DNA of 38,272 nucleotides from Deltaproteobacteria bacterium (GTDB lineage Bacteria > Myxococcota_A > Polyangia > Polyangiales > Houyiibacteriaceae): positions 1-38,272 of the forward strand of contig JAFDFW010000003.1 in NCBI GenBank assembly GCA_019309605.1. The letters are read 5' to 3'. Position numbers and translations under genes: made by a program. Positions 9,216 through 18,300 of the stretch are shown piece by piece. Position 1 is the stretch's first letter; every line of letters begins with the position of its first letter. The notes beneath the pieces are model-generated. The model was not told where the DNA came from. It did no database searches and saw only the letters and a program-made list of their open reading frames with translations.

Positions 9216-10339
9216 CTCAACTTCAACGTGGCCAGGCTGAACACGGCCAGGACGATCGCAATGATCCAGAAGCGAACGATGACCCGGGGCTCGGGCCAAC
9301 CTTTCTTCTCGAAGTGATGGTGAATGGGCGCCATCAGGAAGATGCGCCTGCCTGTGAGACGGAAGTAGCCAACCTGCAGGATGACGCTCACCGCTTCGAC
9401 TACGAAGATGCCGCCGAGAATCACCGAGAGGAGCTCGTTCTTGGTCAGCACCGCTAGAGCGCCCAGGCCCCCACCGAGGGCGAGGGATCCGACATCGCCC
9501 ATGAAGACCTGAGCCGGATATGTGTTGTACCAAAGGAACCCAAATCCGACGCCAACCATCGAAGCGGCGAAGATGCTGAGCTCCCCGGCGCTCTCGATGT
9601 GCGGGATGTCGAGGTACCCGGCGACTACGTTGCCGAACAAAGTCAGGCCCGCGAGGTACGCCAGGATCGCGTACGTGCCTGCGGAAATCATGACGGGACC
9701 AATCGCCAGACCGTCGAGGCCGTCCGTTAGGTTCACCGCGTTGGAGGTCCCGACGATGACGAACGACGAGAAGATCACGTACAGCCAGGGCGGCAACTCG
9801 ATCGGATATTTCGAAAATGCGAAGAACGGCACGGCGAGCCGGTGGCGGATTTCGAGCCAGTCGCTCGGAAGGCCCGCCTCGCCGTAGTAGAGCCAGCTGC
9901 ACACGAGGATCGCAGTGCTGAACTGCAGTAGAAGCTTGTACCGGCCTGAGAGTCCGCCGGTCGACCGTGTCCGAATCTTGGACGTATCGTCGATGTAGCC
10001 GACGACGCCATAAGCAACCGTGATCGACGTCACGACCCAGACCATCGCATTCGAGGGGTCTGCCCACAGCACGGTGGACAGGACGAGCGCGAGCAGCATG
10101 AGGGCGCCGCCCATCGTCGGCGTGCCAGCCTTGGCGTAATGCGACTCCGGGCCTTCGGCGCGAATGACCTGCCCGATCTGCTTCCGCTGCAAGCGGCGAA
10201 TGAACCAGGGATAGAGCCCAAAGGTCAGCAAGAGCGATGTCATCGTCGCCATGAGGAAACGGAACGGCACGTACCGAAGGACGTTGAGAAACGACAAGGA
10301 TTCGTGCGTGTGCAACGGATAGAGCAGGTAGTAAATCAT
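9212..10339 (-). CDS. mraY: phospho-N-acetylmuramoyl-pentapeptide transferase
   Basis: 375 aa from MIYYLLYPL. Motif NAVNLTDGLDGLA, polytopic. The ATG at 10339 overlaps the murF stop. Confidence 0.95.
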   Translation of the reverse strand: MIYYLLYPLHTHESLSFLNVLRYVPFRFLMATMTSLLLTFGLYPWFIRRLQRKQIGQVIRAEGPESHYAKAGTPTMGGALMLLALVLSTVLWADPSNAMVWVVTSITVAYGVVGYIDDTSKIRTRSTGGLSGRYKLLLQFSTAILVCSWLYYGEAGLPSDWLEIRHRLAVPFFAFSKYPIELPPWLYVIFSSFVIVGTSNAVNLTDGLDGLAIGPVMISAGTYAILAYLAGLTLFGNVVAGYLDIPHIESAGELSIFAASMVGVGFGFLWYNTYPAQVFMGDVGSLALGGGLGALAVLTKNELLSVILGGIFVVEAVSVILQVGYFRLTGRRIFLMAPIHHHFEKKGWPEPRVIVRFWIIAIVLAVFSLATLKLR

Positions 10340-11745
10340 CGTTGCTCTCCGCCGAGGAGCGGGGCGATCACGCGCTCCATCTCCATTGACCGCGACCCTT
10401 TCACCAATACGACGGCGTTCAAGGGGAGCCGGCCCGACAGTCCTCCGCATCCGGCCGCATCCGCGAACCAAAGCGTGTCCGCGCCGCGAGCCTTCGCCGT
10501 CGTGACGGCCTCATGCATGGCCTCCCCACAGCCCACGAATAGAAACACGCCGGCGTCCGAGACGAGCTCGCCTGCCTTTCGGTGCGCGTCCTCGCTGTGC
10601 TCCCCGAGTTCCTTCATGTCGCCGAGGATTGCGACCAGTGGAGCCCCATTCTTCTCGGCGATCGCGCGCGCTGTGTTCAAGGCAACGTCGAGGGATGCGG
10701 GGTTAGCGTTGTACGAATCGTCGAGGATGAGGCGGTCGCCGGTCCCGGCCCGGGGCTGCATGCGGCCGGAAGAAGGCGCCACCCCGGCGATTCCGCGAGC
10801 GGCATCCTCGAGCGATAGTTCCAACCCAAACGCGATCGCGAGAGCGCCCGCAGCGTTGAGAACTGCTCCCTCCCCCAACAAGCCCATCGCGATCTCGACC
10901 TCCTGACCGCGCACCTGGAACCGGGCCTGGGTACCGGCTGCGTCGACCTCCCAATCGAGCACGCGCACGTCGTTCTCAGCCGTGCGGCCATAGAAGAGCT
11001 TGCGCTTAGCCCGCACCACCGATGCGCGCTTCTTCAGTGGTGCGTCGTCGCCGTAGGCGACAGCCACGCCGCTCTGCGCAATGGCGTGCAGGAGAGATAC
11101 TTTCTCGTCGGCCACGGCTTCCGCCGAACCGAGGCCTTCGGTGTGCGCCAGGCTCGCGCGCGTGACGAGGCCCACATCGGGCGCCGCGATCTCGGCCAAA
11201 CGCGCGATCTCCCCGGGCTCGCTGGTTCCCATCTCGATGACCGCTGTGTCGACCGTCGCGTCCAGCTGGAAGAGCGTCATGGGAACGCCGATTCGGTTGT
11301 TGAGGTTGCCGGCGGTCTTGAGCACCGCGTGACCCGCCGACTGCAGTGCGCCGGCCGTGAGGTCTTTCGTGGTCGTCTTGCCGACCGAGCCGGTGATTCC
11401 AACAACTTTTCCGGTCCACGCGTCACGGTGAGCCCTCGCGAGGTCACCGAGCGCAATCAACGTGTCGTCGACTTCCAGGGCACTCACGTGGTCCGGAAGT
11501 GAAGTTCCCCGCTGCACCATCACTGCAGCCGCACCCGCAGCCGCTGCTTGCGCTGCGAATGCATGCGCATCGAAGCGCTCGCCGCGAAGCGCCACGAACA
11601 AATTGCCCGGCTGGATTGCCCGGGAATCCGTGACGACGCCACGAACCTCGTCCCACACAGGCCCGTAACTCGTGGCACGCGTCGCAGAAATGACGTCATC
11701 CCGACGGAACTTCGCTTGGTTGGCTGGGATCGGTGTCGCCATCAT
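10336..11745 (-). CDS. murF: UDP-N-acetylmuramoyl-tripeptide--D-alanyl-D-alanine ligase
   Basis: 469 aa. Motifs TDSRAIQPGNLFVAL and ITGSVGKTTTKD. The ATG overlaps the murE stop. Confidence 0.94.
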   Translation of the reverse strand: MMATPIPANQAKFRRDDVISATRATSYGPVWDEVRGVVTDSRAIQPGNLFVALRGERFDAHAFAAQAAAAGAAAVMVQRGTSLPDHVSALEVDDTLIALGDLARAHRDAWTGKVVGITGSVGKTTTKDLTAGALQSAGHAVLKTAGNLNNRIGVPMTLFQLDATVDTAVIEMGTSEPGEIARLAEIAAPDVGLVTRASLAHTEGLGSAEAVADEKVSLLHAIAQSGVAVAYGDDAPLKKRASVVRAKRKLFYGRTAENDVRVLDWEVDAAGTQARFQVRGQEVEIAMGLLGEGAVLNAAGALAIAFGLELSLEDAARGIAGVAPSSGRMQPRAGTGDRLILDDSYNANPASLDVALNTARAIAEKNGAPLVAILGDMKELGEHSEDAHRKAGELVSDAGVFLFVGCGEAMHEAVTTAKARGADTLWFADAAGCGGLSGRLPLNAVVLVKGSRSMEMERVIAPLLGGEQR

Positions 11746-13268
11746 GCCCCTCCCGCAATGCTCGCAATGGCCGCGCGGGCTTCTTCACGGTCGTCAAAGT
11801 GGGTTCGCTCGGTCCCGATGATCTGGCAGGTTTCATGACCCTTGCCCGCCAGGAGCACCGTGTCTCCCGCGCCAGCCGCCCCGATGGCAGCTGCGATCGC
11901 CTCTTTGCGATCGATCAGCGTGCAGTAACCCTGGCCCGCGTCGGCGAGCTCGCCAGGTTCGATGAGCTTTCCGCCGGCTTCCTTCGCACCGGCTTCGATT
12001 TGCTCGACGATGGACTGAGGATCTTCGCTTCGCGGATTGTCGCTCGTCAGCACGCAGAGGTCGGCCCATTGTGCGCCCACACGACCCATCTGCGGGCGCT
12101 TCCCTTTGTCGCGGTCACCACCTGCGCCAAAGACCACGATCAGCCGGTTCGGTGTCACGGCACGCATCGTTTCGAGGACCCGTCGCAACGCGTCGGGCGT
12201 GTGCGCGTAGTCCACGAGCACGGCGACATCTTGCGGATGAGCGATCCGTTCGAGCCGACCCGGGCTTCCCCCCGCCGACTCCCAAGCCCTCGCCACGGCA
12301 TCTAGATCCAGACCGAGCGCATGCGCGCAGCCGAGGGCTACGAGCAGGTTTTCGAGGTTGTGCTCACCAAGCATGGGGCTACGGAGATCGACCGCACCTG
12401 CCGGTGTTTGGACCTCTGCGCGGATCCCGGCGCGCGTCACTGACCACTGGGTCGCAATGATCTCGGCGTCGCTTCCCCTGCGCCGCGAACAACGAACGAC
12501 GGAAACGGGCACCCGAGTCGCAAGTTCGGCCCCGAAAGGATCATCGACGTGGATGACGGCATGCTTGGGCCCGAGCTCGGTGAAGAGGCGCGCCTTGGCC
12601 TCGCCGTAGCGTTCCATGCTCTGGTGGAAGTCCAAGTGGTCCCGGGAAAGGTTCGTGAACGCCGCCACCTCGAAGTCGAGCGCATCGGCCCGGTGCATCG
12701 AGAGGCCATGGCTCGACACCTCCAGCACCAGGTGCGTCGCCCCGTCGTCGAGCGCCTGCCGCGCGAAGCGCGAGATATCGTCACCTTCCGGCGTCGTGTG
12801 AAGTGATGGCCGCTCGGCCCCGGCCGCCACGAGCCCCGTCGTCCCGATGAGAGCCGGCTTTCCGGATGCGCCTTCGATCGCCTGCTTCAAGAGGTAGGCC
12901 GTCGTCGTCTTGCCATTGGTGCCGGTGATTCCGACGGTATGCAAGACCGTGGTCGGCGTCCCGTAGACCAGCTCCGCTGCACGCCCAAGACCGACGCGCG
13001 CGTCGGGCACGGTGATCTGCGGAACCTCGAGAGGCAGACGCTGCTCGGCCATCACTGCAACGGCCCCGCGCGCCAACGCATCCCCAACGAAACTGACCCC
13101 GTCATGGGTTTCTCCGGGCACCGCAACGAACAAATCTCCGCCCGCCACGTGACGAGAGTCGTGCTGCACACCGCTCACAACCTGCGTCCCCGCACCCGTG
13201 ATCCGGCCCTCGACACCGCTGCGTTGTAGTTGCTCGAGTGTCATGGCCTGGCTCGGTTCAGGGGGCAT
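11742..13268 (-). CDS. murE: UDP-N-acetylmuramoyl-L-alanyl-D-glutamate--2,6-diaminopimelate ligase
   Basis: P-loop ITGTNGKTTTAYL and a DNPR motif (TSDNPRSEDP), typical of meso-DAP-adding MurE. I chose the ATG at 13268, which is preceded by GGAGG-N4. An alternative ATG lies at 13244. Confidence 0.92.
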   Translation of the reverse strand: MPPEPSQAMTLEQLQRSGVEGRITGAGTQVVSGVQHDSRHVAGGDLFVAVPGETHDGVSFVGDALARGAVAVMAEQRLPLEVPQITVPDARVGLGRAAELVYGTPTTVLHTVGITGTNGKTTTAYLLKQAIEGASGKPALIGTTGLVAAGAERPSLHTTPEGDDISRFARQALDDGATHLVLEVSSHGLSMHRADALDFEVAAFTNLSRDHLDFHQSMERYGEAKARLFTELGPKHAVIHVDDPFGAELATRVPVSVVRCSRRRGSDAEIIATQWSVTRAGIRAEVQTPAGAVDLRSPMLGEHNLENLLVALGCAHALGLDLDAVARAWESAGGSPGRLERIAHPQDVAVLVDYAHTPDALRRVLETMRAVTPNRLIVVFGAGGDRDKGKRPQMGRVGAQWADLCVLTSDNPRSEDPQSIVEQIEAGAKEAGGKLIEPGELADAGQGYCTLIDRKEAIAAAIGAAGAGDTVLLAGKGHETCQIIGTERTHFDDREEARAAIASIAGGA

Positions 13269-15312
13269 GCGGCCTCCGCGACACCGCGGCTGTGAGCGTT
13301 CTCTGGTCCGCTTGCGCTGCTGCCTCATCGGCATCGAAGCGCCGCCGTTCGAGCTGCAGGCGAACCACCGATCCGTGAGAAACCGCCTTGCCGGGCGCAG
13401 GGTCTTGTGTGACCACGAGGCCCGAACCCTGGACCTCCGCCACCAACGACTGCGCATGCAGGGCGATGACGGCCTGCCGCAACGGAAGCGAGCTCACGTT
13501 GGGCACGGCGCTCTCGCCCTTTTCGACAGCCTCGTCCTCGAAAACGGGCCCCGCCTCCGCCGCCGGAACTCGTTGCTCCTTCTTCTTGGCCAGAACCGCT
13601 TGCCTGCCTTCGGGTGCGATCCCCATGTGCCGCAGCGTGACCTCGGCGATGCGCCTGAACACGGGTCCCGCCACCGTCCCGCCGTAGTGGGCGATCACTG
13701 GCTCATCGATGACGACCGAAATCACCACTGAGGGCCGGTCAGCCGGTGCGAACCCGATAAACGACGCCAGCCATTTGTCCTTGGCGTAGCCACCATGGAC
13801 GTAGTCCGCCTTTTGCGCAGTGCCGGTCTTGCCTGCGACGAGATACCCGTCGACGGCCGCCTCAATCGCCGTACCACCCGGCTCGGTCACCGCGGTGAGC
13901 ATCTGTCCCACGAGCTTGGCCACCCGTCGCGGAACGACCTGCCGCCGAACCCGCGGCTTGTTCTCCTCAATGGTTGCGCCGTGCCCGTCGGACATCCGGC
14001 GCACCAACATCGGTTGCATCAGCCGCCCCCCATTGGCGATGGCGCTCATCGCCGTCGCTAGCTGGACGTTGGTCACGCTCATGCCCTGACCGAAAGACAC
14101 CGCTGCGGTATCGATCTCGTACCAACGGCGGTAGTGACGAAGGATGCCCGCGGTCTCACCCGGCACGCGGATCCCAGTCGGCTCGCCAAACCCGAAACGT
14201 CGAAACGCGCGGTAGAGCTCCTTCTTCCCTAGATCTTGTGCGATCTTCGCCGTGCCGATGTTACTCGAGTAAGCGAGGATCTGGGTTGGCGTCAGCCACT
14301 CATACGGATGCGCATCGTGAAGAAGGCGCCCCCCCATGCGCGTCACCCCATTCTCGCAGTTAATCGACTGATTGGGTTTGACCGCTCCAGCCGCCAACGC
14401 GGCCGCCATGGTGAAGGGCTTGACGGTCGAGCCTGGCTCAAAACGGTCGACCACCGCTCGGTTGCGTCGGTGCGCGGTAGGATGTTTGGACGGCTCGTTC
14501 GGGTTGAACGGCGGGTAGTTCGCCAGCGCCAGGATCTCGCCAGTGGATGGGTCCATCACCACGACGCTTCCGCCGCGAGCTTCGAACGTACGCACGCCGA
14601 GCGCGAGCTCGCGCTCGGCAATGTGCTGGATCGCCTTATCGATCGTGAGGACGACGCTCTGCCCTTGGATCGTGCGGGCGTCTTCCATGTCGTCCGCAAA
14701 GACGACGTGTCCGCGCCGATCGCGAATGGCTTCGACCCGCCGATCCAAGCCTCGGAGTCGATCCTCGTAGGCGAGCTCGATGCCCTCGATGCCTCTCCCG
14801 TCGATGTCCGCGAATCCCAGCAGGTGAGCCGCGAGGTGACGGTTCGGGTAGTAGCGGCGCGCCTCGCTGGTCAGCTCCACGCCGGGGATGTCGAGCTCCC
14901 GAATGCGCGTAGCTTCGTTGGGTGAGACGCGGCGCTCCACCCAGACGAAGTAGCGGTCCGACCCGAGGCGCTTCGCCAACCGCTCCCGGTCGACGTCGAG
15001 AACCTTCGCAATCCGCCTCGCAACGGTTTGTGGGTCTTGCTCCATGGCCTTGAGACGGCGGGGATTGGCGTAGACGCTCTCGACGTCCGCGCTCACCGCG
15101 AGCTCGGCGCCGTGCCGGTCGTAGATCGCGCCGCGCCGCGGTGAGACCCGAAGGTGTCGAAGGTGCTGGTCTTCGGCCATTCCCCGCAAACGATCGCCGC
15201 TTGCGATCTGAACGTGAAACGCGCGAACGACGACGAGCAGCGCCACGCACATTAGGCAGACGCCGAGCAGCGCGATCCGAGCCCGAAACCATCGCTGCCG
15301 CCGGTTCTTCAT
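13258..15312 (-). CDS. ftsI: class B penicillin-binding protein FtsI (PBP3) with C-terminal PASTA domain
   Basis: 684 aa. N-terminal TM helix and transpeptidase motifs STVKP (SxxK), SSN and KTGT. The C-terminal segment AVPNVSSLPLRQAVIALHAQSLVAEVQGSGLVVTQDPAPGKAVSHGSVVRLQLE matches the PASTA pattern. Confidence 0.93.
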   Translation of the reverse strand: MKNRRQRWFRARIALLGVCLMCVALLVVVRAFHVQIASGDRLRGMAEDQHLRHLRVSPRRGAIYDRHGAELAVSADVESVYANPRRLKAMEQDPQTVARRIAKVLDVDRERLAKRLGSDRYFVWVERRVSPNEATRIRELDIPGVELTSEARRYYPNRHLAAHLLGFADIDGRGIEGIELAYEDRLRGLDRRVEAIRDRRGHVVFADDMEDARTIQGQSVVLTIDKAIQHIAERELALGVRTFEARGGSVVVMDPSTGEILALANYPPFNPNEPSKHPTAHRRNRAVVDRFEPGSTVKPFTMAAALAAGAVKPNQSINCENGVTRMGGRLLHDAHPYEWLTPTQILAYSSNIGTAKIAQDLGKKELYRAFRRFGFGEPTGIRVPGETAGILRHYRRWYEIDTAAVSFGQGMSVTNVQLATAMSAIANGGRLMQPMLVRRMSDGHGATIEENKPRVRRQVVPRRVAKLVGQMLTAVTEPGGTAIEAAVDGYLVAGKTGTAQKADYVHGGYAKDKWLASFIGFAPADRPSVVISVVIDEPVIAHYGGTVAGPVFRRIAEVTLRHMGIAPEGRQAVLAKKKEQRVPAAEAGPVFEDEAVEKGESAVPNVSSLPLRQAVIALHAQSLVAEVQGSGLVVTQDPAPGKAVSHGSVVRLQLERRRFDADEAAAQADQRTLTAAVSRRPHAP

Positions 15313-15614
15313 CGCACCGTCCCCGCTGCAGCGCGGTTCTGCTTCTCTTTCATGGTCACGATACGAGTCGGCTTCGGCATCTCCATGCCGAGGGTCCCGC
15401 GCGCGATCGTCTCCACGCGGCCGCTCTGGCGAAGCGTCGCTGCTTCGATCGAAAGCAGGCGGCGATCCTGAAGGAGCTGGTGTTGCCGTCCGCGCTCCTC
15501 GCTCACCTCATATCCGAGCCGAACGGTCTCGAACCGGATCGCGAGGTGAACGACGAACGCCGCGGCCGTCGCGAACACCGCGACACACCACAGAGGGAGG
15601 AAGCGACCCTTCAT
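15309..15614 (-). CDS. ftsL: cell division protein FtsL
   Basis: 101 aa with a single N-terminal TM helix followed by a coiled-coil-like region. Sits between rsmH and ftsI with overlaps at both ends. Confidence 0.8.
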   Translation of the reverse strand: MKGRFLPLWCVAVFATAAAFVVHLAIRFETVRLGYEVSEERGRQHQLLQDRRLLSIEAATLRQSGRVETIARGTLGMEMPKPTRIVTMKEKQNRAAAGTVR

Positions 15615-16501
15615 GCAGCCGCCTCCACGTAGCGGGCAGCACGAAGCTTGGCGCTGCGCGACCTCCGATTGTTCTCGCGCTCTTCATCGGAAGCGATGAT
15701 CGGCCGCTTCGTCAACGGCGAAAGATGCTCGCTGTCGCGGAACGTGTGTTTCACGATTCGGTCCTCGAGAGAATGAAAACTGATCACCGCAACGACACCG
15801 CCAACTCGCAGCACGCTCGGCAGTTGTTCGAGTAACGCTTCGAGCTCAGCAAGCTCTTCGTTCACCGCGATACGAAGACCTTGAAATGTCTTGGTTGCCG
15901 GGTCGATACGCCCGCGTCGGCCTCCGGTTGCTCGATGCACTGCGCGCCGCAAGTCGGCCGTGGTCTCGAGATCGCCCTCTTCGTACGCTCGTCGCAGCGA
16001 GCGCGCGATTTTCCGCGAACGGTGCTCCTCGCCGTATCGGTAGATCACGTTGGCTAGCTCTTCAGCGTCGCAGCGGCCGATCAGATCCAGCGCGCTCTCA
16101 CCCTCGGTCGGGTCCATGCGCATGTCGATCGGCCCCTCTTTCGCCAATGAAAAGCCCCGCTCTGCTTGGTCGAGCTGAGCCGAGCTCACTCCGAGGTCGG
16201 CGATGATGCCGTCGACGTGCTCGATGTCGAGCGAGGTCAGGACCTCCCGAAGGTCGCTGATGCATGCCTTGCGTAGCGTCACCCGATCACCAAACTCAGC
16301 GAGCGCCGCGCCTGCAGCTTCGAGCGCGTTTGGGTCGCGGTCTGTCCCGATTAGACGGCCGTCTGGTGCGCTGCGCTCTAAGATCGCTCGCGCGTGCCCT
16401 CCGCCACCGAGCGTCACATCCGCGTAGACGCCGCCCGACACCGGTTCGAGCTGGTCCAGAACTTCATCGAGCAGGACCGAGGTGTGTTCGAACGCGCTCA
16501 C
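15611..16501 (-). CDS. rsmH: 16S rRNA (cytosine1402-N4)-methyltransferase
   Basis: 296 aa. Motif HTSVLLDEVL...DVTLGGGGHA. The GTG start overlaps the mraZ stop (GTGA). Confidence 0.95.
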   Translation of the reverse strand: MSAFEHTSVLLDEVLDQLEPVSGGVYADVTLGGGGHARAILERSAPDGRLIGTDRDPNALEAAGAALAEFGDRVTLRKACISDLREVLTSLDIEHVDGIIADLGVSSAQLDQAERGFSLAKEGPIDMRMDPTEGESALDLIGRCDAEELANVIYRYGEEHRSRKIARSLRRAYEEGDLETTADLRRAVHRATGGRRGRIDPATKTFQGLRIAVNEELAELEALLEQLPSVLRVGGVVAVISFHSLEDRIVKHTFRDSEHLSPLTKRPIIASDEERENNRRSRSAKLRAARYVEAAA

Positions 16502-16950
16502 AATCCGAGCTCCGCGAGCCGCCTGGCAATCCCCAAACGGCGATCCCCATCACTGAGGACGTCCTTGCGAAGATCCTCGAACGTGTCTTTCGCCCAGAGC
16601 TCGATGTAGCTTCCCATTCCCGCCCAGAGCGCGTCGCGTTTGAGGCCAGCGTGCTTGCGAAGCGCCGCCGGGATCAGGAGCCGGCCCACCTTGTCGACCT
16701 CGCATTCGACCGCACCGGAGACGTAGATGCGTTTGAGCGTGACGACGTCCGCATCGAACTGTGGAAGCTCGGAAAGTCGTTTCTCGAACGCAAGCCACTC
16801 GGCCATGGGATACGCCACGAGACAGGTGTCCAACCCGGTCGTGAGCACCAGCTTCGAGTCGCCCTGCGCCGTCATCACCTCGCGGAAGCGAGACGGAACA
16901 GAGGTGCGGCCCTTGGCATCGATGCTGTGCTCGTAGCGTCCTCGGAACAA
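16498..16950 (-). CDS. mraZ: transcriptional regulator MraZ
   Basis: 150 aa. Conserved N-terminus MFRG and two DxxGR repeats (DAKGRTSVP, DKVGRLLIP). TTG start with GAGGG 5 nt upstream and an in-frame TAG just before it. Confidence 0.93.
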   Translation of the reverse strand: MFRGRYEHSIDAKGRTSVPSRFREVMTAQGDSKLVLTTGLDTCLVAYPMAEWLAFEKRLSELPQFDADVVTLKRIYVSGAVECEVDKVGRLLIPAALRKHAGLKRDALWAGMGSYIELWAKDTFEDLRKDVLSDGDRRLGIARRLAELGL

Positions 16951-16981
16951 CCTAACCCTCTCGTGCTAGTCAGCACTCGGT

Positions 16982-17007
16982 TGGCACTTGATCCCACAAG
17001 TTCCCAC
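16982..17007 (-). promoter_or_regulatory. candidate MraZ operator (three hexamers at 10-bp phasing)
   Basis: The minus strand reads GTGGGA-N4-GTGGGA-N4-GTGCCA (17007-17002, 16997-16992, 16987-16982). This resembles the phased TGGGN direct repeats bound by E. coli MraZ. It lies 32-57 nt upstream of the mraZ start, just downstream of the candidate -10. Confidence 0.5.
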
Positions 17008-17016
17008 CAAGGCTGG

Positions 17017-17046
17017 AAACTAAGGCCCCGACTCCTCGTGTGTCAA
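17017..17046 (-). promoter_or_regulatory. candidate dcw promoter (Pmra)
   Basis: Minus strand has a perfect -35 TTGACA (17046-17041), an 18-nt spacer and a weak -10 TAGTTT (17022-17017). An AT-rich stretch (CTAAAAAACCTTTTGAATTC) lies further upstream. Confidence 0.4.
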
Positions 17047-17268
17047 CTTCTTTCTGTAAGCCAAGTGATAGAATTCAAAAGGTTTTTTAGGATGATGTAG
17101 CTGCGTTCTGATCCACGGATTCATGGTGGGAAGTCCACAGCTTATCCCCAACAACGCGCAGGCCCCGGTTCGCCCTTCCCGCTACGGACCGTGGAGGCGC
17201 TGCTGGCCGCTACGCGGCTGGTTATCGGCCAATTTTGTCCGTTCAGAGCCATGCTACCCTCGTGATCG

Positions 17269-17595
17269 GTGGATCCGATCGAGGAAGCATGGGCACGGGT
17301 CGAGGCCGACTGGGGGAACGAGGACGCACATCGCCGCTTTGTCGGGGTCTGTGTCGCGCTCGATCGGCTGCCGGAGGCCGGCAAACGGTACCGGGAGGTC
17401 CGGGAGAGCGATCCGGCCCGCCGGGATGACGCAGCCAAGCAGATCGGCACCCTGATCACGCTGGCGACTCGTCAGCTCCAGGACACCCGGCTGAAGCCCC
17501 CCACTACCAAGCATAAAAGGACGCTTACATGGGCCGCGTTCCTTATGATGTTGGTGTTGATGGGGGCAGCCGTCTTGCTCTTGGCGCGGGGGTAG
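17269..17595 (+). CDS. small tail-anchored membrane protein, function unknown
   Basis: 108 aa with a GTG start directly after an in-frame TGA. Third-codon positions are strongly G/C-biased in this frame, as in real genes here. It has a helical acidic/basic N-terminal part and one C-terminal TM helix (LTWAAFLMMLVLMGAAVLLLA). It ends 30 nt before the GTPase gene. Confidence 0.55.
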   Translation: MDPIEEAWARVEADWGNEDAHRRFVGVCVALDRLPEAGKRYREVRESDPARRDDAAKQIGTLITLATRQLQDTRLKPPTTKHKRTLTWAAFLMMLVLMGAAVLLLARG

Positions 17596-17625
17596 ACCCG
17601 GTCGCTAGCGGCTCCGCAACTCGGG

Positions 17626-18300
17626 ATGCAGGTAGATTTCGCCGCGAAAGAACTGACTGTGAAGCTGGTCTACTACGGACCGGCGCTCAGCGGGAAGACG
17701 ACCAACCTGCGGGCCATTCATTGGCTTGGCACGTCGAGTGCCTGTGGCGAGCTCATGACGCTCGAAACGCAAAACGACCGAACGCTGTTCTTCGACATGC
17801 TCCCGATCACGATGAGCTCTCAGAGTGGCCTCAAAATTCGATTGAAGCTGTTCACCGTGCCCGGGCAAGTGATGCACAACGCAACGCGGCGGCTGGTCCT
17901 CCAAGCTACCGACGGCGTCGCGTTCATCGCAGACTCGCAGCGCAGCGAGACGGACGCTAATCGAGAGTCGTTCCTGAACCTCAAGCAGAATCTCGAGGAG
18001 ATCGGGATCGACCCGGGGCGCGTGCCCATCATCATTCAGTTCAACAAACGCGACATGGAAGATGTCCGAACCGACGAAGAACTCGAGGCGATCGCGAAGC
18101 AAAGCCGAGAGCCTATATACAAAGCCGTCGCAACACGGGGCTACGGCGTCATGCAGACGCTGCGGGGATTGATTCGTGAGACCTGGGACAAGCTCGAGGA
18201 GGAGCACCAACTCGAAGAGAAATTCGGGATCAGCGCAGCTCGTTTCATGCACGAGATTGAACTAAAACTGAAGCACAATCCGGGGCGGCCGGAACGATGA
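17626..18300 (+). CDS. MglA-family Ras-like small GTPase paralogue
   Basis: 224 aa, collinear with MglA. P-loop VYYGPALSGKTT, switch I DRTLFFD, switch II TVPGQV, NKRD, and G5-like AVATRGYGV. It has about 30 extra C-terminal residues. Its stop overlaps the kinase start (ATGA). Confidence 0.85.
   Translation: MQVDFAAKELTVKLVYYGPALSGKTTNLRAIHWLGTSSACGELMTLETQNDRTLFFDMLPITMSSQSGLKIRLKLFTVPGQVMHNATRRLVLQATDGVAFIADSQRSETDANRESFLNLKQNLEEIGIDPGRVPIIIQFNKRDMEDVRTDEELEAIAKQSREPIYKAVATRGYGVMQTLRGLIRETWDKLEEEHQLEEKFGISAARFMHEIELKLKHNPGRPER

Noticed and set aside
7857-10067. Very long track ORFs suggesting giant proteins: murD 736 aa, murG 520 aa, murE 571 aa, pyrB 506 aa, mlaF 527 aa, mraY 419 aa, ftsW 427 aa.
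   Set aside because: The extra N-terminal parts overlap the upstream gene in another frame and are Arg/Pro-rich nonsense. Each canonical N-terminus starts at an internal ATG that overlaps the upstream stop codon (ATGA or TGATG).
17109-17150. Cluster of DnaA-box-like 9-mers (TGATCCACG, AAGTCCACA, TTATCCCCA) in the dcw/GTPase divergent region.
   Set aside because: Each has 1-3 mismatches to TTATCCACA. No AT-rich unwinding element or dnaA/dnaN context is present, and such near-matches are expected by chance.
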